The notes under the pieces are model-generated. The model searched no databases, was not told the origin of the DNA, and saw only the letters and a list, made by a program, of their open reading frames with translations. A DNA stretch of 32,000 nucleotides, from positions 2,700,001 through 2,732,000 of the forward strand of contig NC_000964.3 of assembly GCF_000009045.1 (NCBI RefSeq), read 5' to 3'. Source of the DNA: Bacillus subtilis subsp. subtilis str. 168 (GTDB lineage Bacteria > Bacillota > Bacilli > Bacillales > Bacillaceae). This document shows positions 1-10,001 of the stretch, in pieces. A program made the translations under genes and the position numbers. How positions within the stretch are numbered: the stretch's first letter is position 1; every line of letters starts with the position of its first letter.

Positions 1-32
1 ATTTTCTGATGCAGCTATTGCTATCCGTTAGT

Positions 33-569
33 TTAATTAGAACTCAGATAATCCAAGACACGGTCAACTCTTTCATTGACTGAGCAGTCGTCTTCAATCT
101 TTAACACTGGACAAGATAAATCTGCCATCCAATGTTCATGCAAAGCTCTACTTCTAACTTCCATTCCAGCATTATCATATAAAGAAGCCCACTCTAAAAA
201 TGTTTTTGATTGTTCATATTTACTGCCACCGGCTAACACTTCGTTTCCATAACGCTGAAATTCCCTGTGCCTTAGTCTCTCAAGCCGTATATCTTGTGGA
301 ATCCATAAGAAGACGACAAGGTCAAAATAACTTTTTAGATTATCGCCCCAGCCACACACTGCACCAGAAAGAATCCATTTTTCATTGATTGTTAAGTCTT
401 TTTCAAGCAACTTTCTTCTTTCAGGAATTTCTCTTTTTTTAGTGAATTTGTCTAACCAATAGTAATTATCAGTATCAAGATGCGTATGAGGCAAACGCTT
501 TGATAATGCAGCACCCAATGTTGAAGTTCCGACACCAGAGGCTCCCAATATGTGAATATTTTTTTTCAT
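33..569 (-). CDS. yqaC: P-loop nucleotide kinase (topology modulation/adenylate kinase-like), skin element YqaC-like
   Basis: 178-aa ORF with N-terminal Walker A-like GASGVGTSTLG, DTDNYYW and a PQDIRLERLRHRE-type lid; next to a yqaB-like gene as in the B. subtilis skin element. Confidence 0.85.
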   Translation of the reverse strand: MKKNIHILGASGVGTSTLGAALSKRLPHTHLDTDNYYWLDKFTKKREIPERRKLLEKDLTINEKWILSGAVCGWGDNLKSYFDLVVFLWIPQDIRLERLRHREFQRYGNEVLAGGSKYEQSKTFLEWASLYDNAGMEVRSRALHEHWMADLSCPVLKIEDDCSVNERVDRVLDYLSSN

Positions 570-837
570 ACTTCCCCTCCTTATTAAGCAACCAAACTCC
601 CTGTTTGTTGCATAACGTACTTACTATTATTTTGACATAAATCCCTAAAAGACCTTTACTTTTCGAGGGAAATCCAGATGCGTGTTAAAATCATAATACT
701 TACGAAAACAGTCATGATTAAACGGATTCATATTCCATCTCCTTAGACGCATTTTCCTATGAAAAAAGTCTTGATTTCCATATAATATTTAAACGAATCC
801 AATTTTTAGATTGTCGTCTTTAAGGAGGTTTTTCATC

Positions 838-1356
838 TTGAGGTATACAAACAGTCATTTAGAGGATTGGATTGAAAACTTATACAAGAAGATTGATATT
901 ACAGAACCAGAACAAATTAATTTTGAACGGATTGCCGAGGCTTTAGATATCAGGCTTTCGTTTAAACCTGTTACAAGCTTCGCACTTAAACACAGCGGAA
1001 TTTATAATATATGCTTGGACAGCCGTAAAAGCCGAACTGAACAATGGTATGATTTTGCTCATGAATTTTGCCATATATATAGACATGAAGGCGATAAAAA
1101 AACAATGCCTGCAACTTGGACTGATTATTTGGATTGGCAGTCCAATTATTTTACATATCACTTTTGCATTCCAACTTGCATGTTGCGTAATATCAACCTT
1201 CCGTACATACAATCACATGCAATTGAAAATGTAGCTTGGTTATTTAAGGTATCCCCTTCATTCGCTAAGAAACGTTTAAGCATTTATTACAGGAAACTGA
1301 CTCAACATTTATTTAGTCAAACTGTTACGGGAAATTTATGCCCCCCCTTTTTGTAA
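838..1356 (+). CDS. yqaB: ImmA/IrrE-family metallopeptidase-like protein (skin element YqaB)
   Basis: HEFCHIYRH zinc-metallopeptidase motif. Strong RBS (AAGGAGG at 822-828) with TTG start at 838 ([11 protein letters not shown]...); the ORF track start at 811 precedes this RBS. Confidence 0.85.
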   Translation: MRYTNSHLEDWIENLYKKIDITEPEQINFERIAEALDIRLSFKPVTSFALKHSGIYNICLDSRKSRTEQWYDFAHEFCHIYRHEGDKKTMPATWTDYLDWQSNYFTYHFCIPTCMLRNINLPYIQSHAIENVAWLFKVSPSFAKKRLSIYYRKLTQHLFSQTVTGNLCPPFL

Positions 1357-1367
1357 TGAATAATGAA
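1354..1367. other. Skin element attachment/recombination boundary (core AATGA)
   Basis: Two AATGA pentamers (1355-1359 and 1362-1366) at the point where sigma-K homology starts. The known skin site-specific recombination core is AATGA. Confidence 0.65.
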
Positions 1368-1754
1368 ATCCTCATGCATTTGCGCGCATTGAAAAAAACA
1401 AAAAAAGACGTCTCCCTTCACGATCCGATCGGGCAGGATAAGGAAGGGAATGAAATAAGCCTGATTGACGTTTTGAAATCAGAAAACGAAGACGTGATAG
1501 ATACGATCCAGCTCAATATGGAGCTTGAAAAAGTGAAACAATACATTGACATTTTAGATGACCGTGAGAAGGAAGTGATTGTCGGGCGGTTTGGACTTGA
1601 TTTGAAGAAGGAAAAAACGCAGCGAGAGATTGCCAAAGAACTCGGTATCTCACGCAGCTATGTATCGCGGATTGAAAAGCGGGCGCTGATGAAGATGTTT
1701 CATGAGTTTTATCGGGCAGAGAAGGAAAAGCGGAAGAAGGCGAAGGGGAAATAA
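1356..1754 (+). CDS. spoIIIC: C-terminal half of RNA polymerase sigma-K (SpoIIIC), separated from its N-terminal half by the skin element
   Basis: [34 protein letters not shown]...[28 protein letters not shown] is sigma region 3/4 with the region 4 HTH and no region 2. Directly preceded by a yqaB-like gene. The ORF track starts at 1338, but sigma-K homology begins at about NEIL. Confidence 0.93.
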   Translation: MNNEILMHLRALKKTKKDVSLHDPIGQDKEGNEISLIDVLKSENEDVIDTIQLNMELEKVKQYIDILDDREKEVIVGRFGLDLKKEKTQREIAKELGISRSYVSRIEKRALMKMFHEFYRAEKEKRKKAKGK

Positions 1755-1762
1755 TGCAGAAG

Positions 1763-1787
1763 AAGCCGGATCTCATACTCCGGCTTT
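1763..1787 (+). terminator. Intrinsic terminator after spoIIIC
   Basis: AAGCCGGA-tctcatac-TCCGGCTT hairpin followed by T-rich tract, just past the stop at 1754. Confidence 0.75.
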
Positions 1788-1820
1788 CTCTATTTGAAAG
1801 AGTTATGAAAATCATTTTTT

Positions 1821-2033
1821 TCATCGCTGATAAGCTCTCCGAGAAAGACAGGCAGGATCGTAACAAATAACTTGACTTATAATCCTCCCGCAGGCATTCA
1901 AAGCCGGACGTTCTAAAAGCTCTCCTGAGAAAATCCTTAGATCGGTATACTTCAGTACATCTTTAGTCCCTGCTTTCTTTATACAGGCCTCGATCTGGCT
2001 GTCGATGCTCGATCCCTTGATCGCTTGTTCCAC
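1821..2033 (-). CDS. Short hypothetical protein (70 aa, possible gene remnant)
   Basis: ORF MEQAIKGSSIDSQIEACIKKAGTKDVLKYTDLRIFSGELLERPALNACGRII..., GTG start, modest upstream GGGTG. Confidence 0.3.
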   Translation of the reverse strand: MEQAIKGSSIDSQIEACIKKAGTKDVLKYTDLRIFSGELLERPALNACGRIISQVICYDPACLSRRAYQR

Positions 2034-2687
2034 GATATATTGCTATCACCCTGGATCTCCTGCCTATAAAGTTTTATTAAATAATGATAGCAATCGTTCA
2101 TGCATTTGTCAGTTTGCAGTCCCTCGATGATTATTACCTTCATAAAATACATCACCCCTTGGGTAATGCTGCGTAATACCTGTTTGTCCTAATGAGGTGA
2201 TTTTCAATGAGTATGAAAACAAATAAAAAAACCGATGGTTTGTACCATCGATCTGTTTTCTATATCACTAGGCCCTCAATATAGTAAATCTAGCTCATTG
2301 GTTATGAAAGCTTATTTTCATTACACACTATATATTCATTTGTTATCATTTCTATACGTTTATATCAATTATGGTAAAAAATGGTTACAAAAACCCAATA
2401 AACGTCCAACCTAACTTTTTCATCTTATTTATTAAGAATTTTAACCTCTTCCTTGTGAAATAAAGAAGCGATTTTCATCTCCAAACAGTTAATGCTATTT
2501 CATCGGGACATGTCTGTTAAAGTAGCCAATAAATACATTCGGATATCCACTTACAACCACGATTCAATTTGATCCACTACAGATTTCTGAGCTGACATTA
2601 AACAGATAGAGTTATAAAAATCTGTACCAGTTCCCTTTCACAATTAGGACATTTCGGCGGCGTTTCGGCATAATGCGAACTAATTTA

Positions 2688-3107
2688 TTAATGTTCAACA
2701 ACAGAATTTCGTCTATTGGCAATAAAGAATCCACAAATCATTGCAAGAATGGCCATCGCCCACCAGAACGTTGAGATCGCCTGATCATGATCGATGATAA
2801 TCAAACGAATGACAGCTGTGATGCCAATATAAATGAAGTAGCGAAGCGGAAAATGAAAGTCTGATTTGAAGTATTTGATAATCAAAGCAATGAACTCAAA
2901 GTACATGAAGAATATAAGCAGTTCTCCAAGCATCTCATAATAGCTGTCCACTTTGTTGAACAGTGACTTGTATACGAATAGCACAATGTACCAAGTCTCG
3001 CTGATCAGAAGTGCGCTTAAGGCTAACGCCAGAAAGAACAGACAGACGTTGAGAAGCGCTTGTAACAGGTAAGGCACCTTTTTGAATTTGTTAGAAAATC
3101 TCATCAT
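2688..3107 (-). CDS. yrkR: PsiE-like (phosphate-starvation-inducible E family) membrane protein
   Basis: 139-aa four-helix membrane protein with the FRYFIYIGITAVIRLIIIDHD-type PsiE signature; syntenic with yrkQ/yrkP. Confidence 0.85.
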   Translation of the reverse strand: MMRFSNKFKKVPYLLQALLNVCLFFLALALSALLISETWYIVLFVYKSLFNKVDSYYEMLGELLIFFMYFEFIALIIKYFKSDFHFPLRYFIYIGITAVIRLIIIDHDQAISTFWWAMAILAMICGFFIANRRNSVVEH

Positions 3108-3149
3108 GTTGTCTCCTATTTCAATATATTCGTGGTTTTTATTCTCAGC

Positions 3150-4448
3150 CTACATCTTGGTGTTCCAAAATCGTAGCACAATGTAGTACTTAGAATTCTT
3201 TTGTATACTGTGAAACTGTCCCTGCATGCGGGACATCATTCGCGCAATGCTTCTTTCACCGAGTCCGTTGCTTTCCGGTGTTATATCTGCAAGTTTAATC
3301 GTATTGCTAACATGGATCTCAAATATCTCTTGATCCGATACAAACGTGATACTGATTTTTTCTTCCGGATCTGCGTATTTCAATAAGTTTGACATCACAT
3401 TATCAAATACACGACCAAGCTCCTCCAAATTCACGTTAATATAGGTTTCCGGCAGCTCGCCTGAAATATGGACCCGAAAATGCTCCTGATGAAGGATAGC
3501 AATCTGATCTGATATTAGATCGTAGATCACTTCTTTCACTGCAACGGTCTCCAGATCGGCCTCATATTCCTTGTTCAGCAGGAAATACGCAAACAGATTG
3601 TCAGACAAGCTTTTTAATTGCAGTGCTTTACCATAAGCATTGGCTACATACCGATCTTTGCTGGCACCCGCTTCGCCTCCCTCTTTTTTGGCAAACTCCA
3701 GATTCATGATCAGCGACGTCAGCGGTGTGCGCATATCGTGCGACATTTCGGTAACCAGGCTGCGGCTCTCAGCTTGCAATTCCTCGATAGCTTTAAGTTT
3801 ATCCAGGAAAGCTTTCCGCAGATCCTCAATGCTCTTTGCAATCATCGCTAATTCATCATGCCCTTTTATCGTCATCTCGTAGTCCAGTTCGCCCCCTTCA
3901 AGAATATGAATCTCTTGATGAATCGTTTTAAGGTAGCGAAGACTTTGGCGAATTCCGAAGAGAACAATGATTAAAAAGATGAGGGTTGCCCCGAGCAAAT
4001 CCAATGCAAAGGCCAGATCATAATATCGGGAAGAGTAGAAACCGTCGATAATGACTCGTCCTTCACCATCGCTAAACTTGACAGGATGTGAATGATTTTG
4101 AGCGTACTGAGTCAGCTTTTCCTTTCCATAATCCGATTCGGAATAAATAGAATCATATTGCAGCTCCTGATCCTTGAATATGGTGAGGTTAATGTAATTT
4201 TCTTTTTTGACCCACTCGCCAAACGCTTTTCTATCTGATGTAGACAACTCATTTTCTGAAACGTACTTGCTGAATTTTTGAATGTATCTTGCTGACTCCT
4301 CGTGATAATACTCTTCCGAACTCAGATATCCCTCGATCAGATCATCTGTGATCTTTTGCAACGTCAGAAAGATCACACCACTCACAATCGCAGCAACCAT
4401 TATCAGCAAAGCCAGTTTTTTGGTTAGCGTAAATTTAAGATGCGCCAA
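3150..4448 (-). CDS. yrkQ: Two-component sensor histidine kinase
   Basis: Two TM segments, HAMP-like region, H-box VTEMSHDMRTPLTSLIMNLEF; C-terminal ATPase domain lacks strongly canonical G boxes. Overlaps the yrkP 3' end by 14 nt. Confidence 0.93.
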   Translation of the reverse strand: MAHLKFTLTKKLALLIMVAAIVSGVIFLTLQKITDDLIEGYLSSEEYYHEESARYIQKFSKYVSENELSTSDRKAFGEWVKKENYINLTIFKDQELQYDSIYSESDYGKEKLTQYAQNHSHPVKFSDGEGRVIIDGFYSSRYYDLAFALDLLGATLIFLIIVLFGIRQSLRYLKTIHQEIHILEGGELDYEMTIKGHDELAMIAKSIEDLRKAFLDKLKAIEELQAESRSLVTEMSHDMRTPLTSLIMNLEFAKKEGGEAGASKDRYVANAYGKALQLKSLSDNLFAYFLLNKEYEADLETVAVKEVIYDLISDQIAILHQEHFRVHISGELPETYINVNLEELGRVFDNVMSNLLKYADPEEKISITFVSDQEIFEIHVSNTIKLADITPESNGLGERSIARMMSRMQGQFHSIQKNSKYYIVLRFWNTKM

Positions 4449-5130
4449 ATCGATATCCTCTTCCCCATTCAGTTTTTATATAAACCGGACGTGCCGGATC
4501 ATCCTCAATTTTGGAGCGCAGCTTCCGTATATGCACCATCACCGTATTGTTGGAACAGTAAAAGTAAGGCTGTCCCCACACACTCTCATATATATTTTGG
4601 GCAGAAAATATTTTGTTGCGTTTGTTCATCAGAAGTTTCAGGATACGATACTCCAGATCTGACAACTTGATTTGCTTCTCCTCTTTCCACACCTCATTAA
4701 ATTCTTCGCTCACTCTTAGTTTGCCCCCGATAAGAAATGTTTCTTCCTGTTCCTTCTTTTCCTGATAGATAGTATATCTGCGTAATTGAGCAATCACTCT
4801 AGCGTGAAGTTCCTCTTCCGAGAATGGTTTAGTCATATAATCATCGCCGCCGGCGAGTAATCCCTCAGTTTTATCGAGTGTACTCGATCTGGCCGTCAGA
4901 AACAGAATCGGGACGTTAGAGGATTTCCTGATGTGCTGACATGTTTCAATTCCCGAAATGCCTGGCATCATAATATCCAAAATAACCAAATCAAGCGAGT
5001 CATTCACAAGTTGCAATGCTCGCTTTCCATCCTTGGCTCTTAGCACCTCGTAACCTGCACGTGTAAGGGATTCCTCCAAAAGATCACCAATATCCTCATC
5101 ATCCTCTACGACTAATATTCGATAGGCCAT
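4435..5130 (-). CDS. yrkP: OmpR-family response regulator
   Basis: Receiver domain (VVEDDEDIGDLL, LVILDIMMPGISG, FLTARSS, YMTKPF) plus C-terminal winged helix (YESVWGQPYFYCSNNTVMVHIRKLRSKIE). Confidence 0.95.
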   Translation of the reverse strand: MAYRILVVEDDEDIGDLLEESLTRAGYEVLRAKDGKRALQLVNDSLDLVILDIMMPGISGIETCQHIRKSSNVPILFLTARSSTLDKTEGLLAGGDDYMTKPFSEEELHARVIAQLRRYTIYQEKKEQEETFLIGGKLRVSEEFNEVWKEEKQIKLSDLEYRILKLLMNKRNKIFSAQNIYESVWGQPYFYCSNNTVMVHIRKLRSKIEDDPARPVYIKTEWGRGYRFGAS

Positions 5131-5397
5131 GTCTCTCTCACCTCATGATTCTTGTTGTTATTTCTCGTGTGTCCTTACTATATATCGTTCATAGTAATAA
5201 GTACGTTATAAGATACTACGTAAATCTTAACAATTTATGAAAGCTGATGCTCGCCACAAATTTGTCACATTTTCTAAAAAAAATGATGACTCTTCATAAA
5301 TTGTTAAGATTCGGTCTTTATATTTATCCATTGTAAGGCTCAAGTTTTTCAGATCCGCACTACACATTGCCGTGATAAATGGGAAAGGAGTATTGAT

Positions 5398-6615
5398 ATG
5401 ATTGTACAAAAAGAAGGACGCGGGCAACCGGTGAGTCTGCGGGAACGGGTTCATTTTCTGGACATCGTACGAGGATTTGCCTTGCTTGGCATTATTATTG
5501 TCAATTATTTTCTGATCGTAGATTCAGTAAAGGGATTCGAAATGGCCTCCGATGACGTACTGCATAAGCTGGTTTCCTGGTTTGCCGAAGGGAAATTCGT
5601 TACGTTATTCTCCTTCCTGTTCGGAGTCGGGTTTATGATCTTTATGGATCGAGCCGCGCAGAAGGTAGAGAGTCCCAACAAGCTGTTTGCCCGCAGGTTA
5701 TCTATCCTGTTGGGATTTGGCATTTTGCACATCACATTTGTTTGGGTCGGTGACATATTGGCCTTTTACGCCGTAAGTGGCTTCCTGTTACTCGCCTTCT
5801 ATAAACGCACGGCCAAAACGGTGCTTAGATGGATTATCGCACTTATCGTGTTTCAATTCCTGACTCCTGTTTTCACAATGTTGTACAATGTCATCAATAC
5901 TGCAGGGTCAAAAAACCCGAATTTTTCAGAGTTTACTTTGTTTAGCCACAGCAGCCTTACCTACATGGAATCCATCAGCACTCGGTGGACAGATATGGTC
6001 ACGATGGCTGCCGGCTCTTTCTCTATGATCTATTCCATGTTTCTCATGTTTCTGCTGGGCGTGTACTTTGTTAAGATGGAATTTTTCAAAGACATGGAAG
6101 CGAAAAAGCCTATATGGAAGCGTATCTGGATCATTAGCACAATCGCTTTTCTAATAACACAAAGCAGTATATTACTAGACATGTTTAATCTTTCTGAGAA
6201 TATGCTGTGGAAGGACATTTCCTCTGTCTTGGGTCAAAATGGCGGCTTAACCGGAAGTATGTTTTATATGAGCACTTTTGCAATGCTGTTTCTATACCTT
6301 CCTCAGCTGCGAGGCCCTATGATGATATTCACCAAAGTCGGACGGATGTCATTGACCTGTTATCTGCTTCACTCTATCATTGGAACAGTTCTGTTCCTCA
6401 GGTACGGATTCGGGCTTGCGGATCATATTCAATCCGCCGGCACGTTCATGTTCAGTCTGGCCGTGTACTTCGTTCTTATGAGCTTTAGTACATTGTGGTT
6501 GAAACGGTTTAGGTACGGTCCGATGGAATTAGTATGGCGCAAGCTGACGTACGGCAAAGTAAACGGGAGTCCCAAAGCAACTCCGCTGCATTCGGAAAAA
6601 TCTATTCAGAAATAA
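5398..6615 (+). CDS. yrkO: DUF418-family integral membrane protein
   Basis: Start [37 protein letters not shown]; C-terminal [19 protein letters not shown]...GPMELVWR typical of DUF418. RBS AAAGGAG upstream. Confidence 0.93.
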
Positions 6616-7126
6616 CCCCCTTGCACAGATTGCATGACTTCAAATTAGTGTTGTTGAATGAAGCGGGCATTAAACGGACAGATTTGATATATGGACTAGT
6701 TATTTTTATATCATTTAGGCTTCTTTGGGCTAATAAATCCACCAGAGTTTACTCAATGTGCATTGCTCATGATCGAATCTAAATTGAATCTTTTACGCAT
6801 GTTCATAGTCAAAGGCGCCTCATTCGACTATTTTTGTAACTTTTCGCAGGAAAAATTCGAGAATGATGACAAATCCCGCATACGACACTTAATACGGTAG
6901 TGAACAATAGTAAATTAGGGTTACATGCAGCTTGTTTTCCAATGAAACAAAGAAAAAGAATCATACAAAAAGACAGGAGAAAGCTTTTGAAGTATTTTAA
7001 CGCCAAATTTACCGCGGAAGAAAGAGCGATGGAATCACTTTTTTGTGAAAAGGCCTCGCAGAGCAGCTCGAATGTTTTACTGAACGACTGAACTCTATAT
7101 TTTAGCAACTGAGGGAGTGAACAATC

Positions 7127-7684
7127 ATGAAAACTAAAAATGAACCAAAAGTTATTCTGGAACTAGCAAAGGAATCTGATCTGCCAGAATTCCAAAAAAA
7201 ATTACAAGAAGCCTTTGCGATCGCCGTGATTGAAACGTTCGGTGATTGCGAAGATGGGCCGATTCCATCGGACAATGATGTTCAGGAGTCTTTCAATGCT
7301 CCCGGAGCAGTGGTATATCATATTCTTCAGGATGGTAAGAATGTCGGTGGTGCAGTAGTACGTATCAACAGCCAAACAAATCATAATTCGCTAGATTTAT
7401 TCTATGTATCTCCAGAATATCACAGCCAAGGGATTGGTCTTTCTGCTTGGAAAGCCATTGAAGCACAGTATCCGGATACTGTGCTTTGGGAAACCGTGAC
7501 ACCTTATTTCGAAAAGCGAAATATCAACTTCTATGTGAATAAGTGTGGATTTCATATCGTAGAGTTCTACAATGAACATCACTCTAATCCGCATATGCAT
7601 CGCAATGGACGTGAAGATGACAAGCCCCTACTGAATGATGATGACTTTTTCAGATTTGTAAAGATTATGAAAAAAAAGGACTAA
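7127..7684 (+). CDS. yrkN: GNAT-family N-acetyltransferase
   Basis: 185 aa; acetyl-CoA binding region VSPEYHSQGIGLSAWKAIEAQYP, C-terminal FYVNKCGFHIVEFYNEH; RBS GGGAGTG upstream. Confidence 0.92.
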   Translation: MKTKNEPKVILELAKESDLPEFQKKLQEAFAIAVIETFGDCEDGPIPSDNDVQESFNAPGAVVYHILQDGKNVGGAVVRINSQTNHNSLDLFYVSPEYHSQGIGLSAWKAIEAQYPDTVLWETVTPYFEKRNINFYVNKCGFHIVEFYNEHHSNPHMHRNGREDDKPLLNDDDFFRFVKIMKKKD

Positions 7685-7769
7685 ACAATTGAACACGGCG
7701 AGATGCCGCAGAGAGTTGCTGGTAACTTTTTTATATTTCATTATCAGAGGAAGGTAATAATGATGTTTA

Positions 7770-7816
7770 AAAGGTGTTTTGATCCCTGTCTCATAAACAG
7801 GGGTCAAAACACCTTT
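7770..7816 (+). terminator. Long hairpin downstream of yrkN
   Basis: 20-bp stem AAAGGTGTTTTGATCCCTGT / ACAGGGGTCAAAACACCTTT (one G-T pair), 7-nt loop, followed by GAATCATCGGTTTCTTTT. May be a terminator or part of a repeated element (see findings). Confidence 0.55.
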
Positions 7817-8174
7817 GAATCATCGGTTTCTTTTCTGACATATACCACGCCCACTAGTCCCTCAACATAGTAAAAACATATCATGAGTTACAAAAGCTTT
7901 TATTCAAAGCATATGTTTATTTTATTTATACTTATTTTCATCATTTTTCAGAATTCTGGACACAAATCGGGTACCTATTAGAGGCCAAGGAACTCTACAT
8001 TTCATTAAGAAATACGTACTCATTGCCCTGCTTTAATTAATTTTAAGCCCTCGCACTATGCCCCCCCCTGAATTAAGTATTTGATGTAACTTTGAAATTA
8101 AGTTTATGAAAATCTGTCACAAACCCTTATTTCATAACACATCATTTGTTTCAGCTTCCCTCGCGAATACCGGA

Positions 8175-8699
8175 TTAATGCTCGGCTTTAAGATAGTCAA
8201 CCAATCTCTCCGCACTGTTCTTAACATCTTCTTTTGAAAGATGAAGTGTCCCATATTGTGTAAACGCAGGAAGAAAACGCATTCCTATATAGTTAGCAGT
8301 GACTTGAAACGGTCTGATAAGCTCGCTGATCGTGATATTATATTCTCCGCCTGCTTGATAATCAGATTCCTGTGCGCCTAAGGAGATAGCTAAGAGTAGT
8401 TCTTTTCCATGCAATTTAGTTCCTCCAGTTCCATAAGCCCAGCCATGTGTTAACACATCATCTTCCCATTGTTTGAGTAACGCGGGACTGCTGTACCAAT
8501 ACATTGGGAACTGAAAAACGATACGCTCATGATCTAACAGGAGCTGCTGCTCTTTTTCTACATCAATGATAAAATTAGGGTATTCACCGTACAGGTCATG
8601 AACCGTAATGTCTTTCTCTTGCTTTAAACGATTCATCCAGGTTTTGTTGACAACAGACGTTTCCAAATTAGGATGTATAACGATAACTAATGTTTTCAT
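8175..8699 (-). CDS. yrkL: NAD(P)H-dependent flavin oxidoreductase (quinone reductase/flavodoxin-like fold)
   Basis: MKTLVIVIHPNLETSVVNKTW...RIVFQFPMYWYSSPALLKQWEDDVLTHGWAYG motifs of the NQO-like family. Confidence 0.93.
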   Translation of the reverse strand: MKTLVIVIHPNLETSVVNKTWMNRLKQEKDITVHDLYGEYPNFIIDVEKEQQLLLDHERIVFQFPMYWYSSPALLKQWEDDVLTHGWAYGTGGTKLHGKELLLAISLGAQESDYQAGGEYNITISELIRPFQVTANYIGMRFLPAFTQYGTLHLSKEDVKNSAERLVDYLKAEH

Positions 8700-8942
8700 T
8701 AGACTGATTATCCTTTCTTTGCCAATTAGTTATTATTTTTTACGATAATGAATTGATTCTAATTTTAAAATAGCAACTTTATTTACACCTATTTTATCCT
8801 TTTTCATGAATTCAGGGCAACTAATTGGGCACCAAAATCAATGATGACTTAAGACATTGTTTTGTAGAAATCCGATATACAGAATAATCCATTATTTAGA
8901 AAATTTCTACCTTTTCCCTCAATCCTTACCAATTTAAACTCA

Positions 8943-9419
8943 TTAAGGAGATACTTTATCACCAACTTTAAATAATAATGGAATAAGTGCTAATAAAATA
9001 ATTCCTACAACCAACGTAGATATTATTAACTCCTTCCATACAATCAAATTCTTTAAAAACATTTGATAAATAACTAATGAGTTTACTGGAATGTTAAGCA
9101 ATAAGCCCGTAAGAAGTCCAGGTGCATACTTTTTCATTACAACAGTTGCGATAAGATGTGGAAAAATAGCGTTGATAACCATAGAACCTAGAAAGCCAAT
9201 GAAAATCCATTTTGCAATATCTGATTCTGGCATATATAAAAAACCAAATGCAGATAAATAAGCCAACATAGTTATAACAATGACAGCAAAATGAAATTCA
9301 TTTGAAGTTACTGGCTTTTGAAACTTTGAAGATTGTTGTGACCACTCAGGTAACCAAATAGCTTCCTCAATATTATGAAGTGTAATAGCAAAACAAAAAA
9401 ATGCTACGAAATAAACCAC
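8943..9419 (-). CDS. yrkK: HXXEE domain membrane protein
   Basis: 158-aa membrane protein with LHNIEEAIWLPEW and AIFPHLIATVVMKKYAPGLLTGLLLNIP motifs typical of HXXEE proteins. Confidence 0.85.
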   Translation of the reverse strand: MVYFVAFFCFAITLHNIEEAIWLPEWSQQSSKFQKPVTSNEFHFAVIVITMLAYLSAFGFLYMPESDIAKWIFIGFLGSMVINAIFPHLIATVVMKKYAPGLLTGLLLNIPVNSLVIYQMFLKNLIVWKELIISTLVVGIILLALIPLLFKVGDKVSP

Positions 9420-10001
9420 CTATCATTTCCTCCTCGGTGCCACAACCAATATGGTTTGGCAACATTATATTACATTTGAGGCTGATTGGATATGGTGTTA
9501 AAAGAGAGAAGAATCTGCCTTAGTAGTTGCTTCTTAATTATATGTGCAATAACGTGTTGTTACGTGGCATGTCATATTCAAATATAATAACTCTAAAGCA
9601 AACAAAGATACCTATATAGTTTGGCATCCTCTTTTTTAGTTCGAGTCCCTCTATTTATTTTGGGCACAAAATAGACATAATTTATATTGACTCATTATAC
9701 CCATCACATACCATACCCCTTAAACCAATCAGGATTAAAATGTTTTAAAAAAGGTGATCAAAGATTAAGTTATGGTCTCTTTTATTTTATGTATGCTGTC
9801 TTAATGCAAAACAACACTGGACACCACTAAGTCAAATGCATTTCATGGTACTATAGTCAAGACTTGTCCAAGTCACCATTATCAAAATGAATTTCATCAA
9901 ACACTTGAAACATTTATTGAACGCGGCCAAGTGTCATAACATTAATAAGAAACCAACGAGTGATGAATCTTTTAATCTTTCATTTTACCCGCTGGCTCAT
10001 A

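Noticed and set aside
3618-4662. Plus-strand ORFs (3618, 3640, 4348, 4440) over yrkQ/yrkP
   Set aside because: Antisense shadows of clear histidine kinase and response regulator genes.
6809-7108. 99-aa minus ORF and overlapping 63-aa plus ORF between yrkO and yrkN
   Set aside because: Overlap each other, have no recognisable motif or good RBS and look like chance ORFs. I could not exclude a degraded gene, but have no positive evidence.
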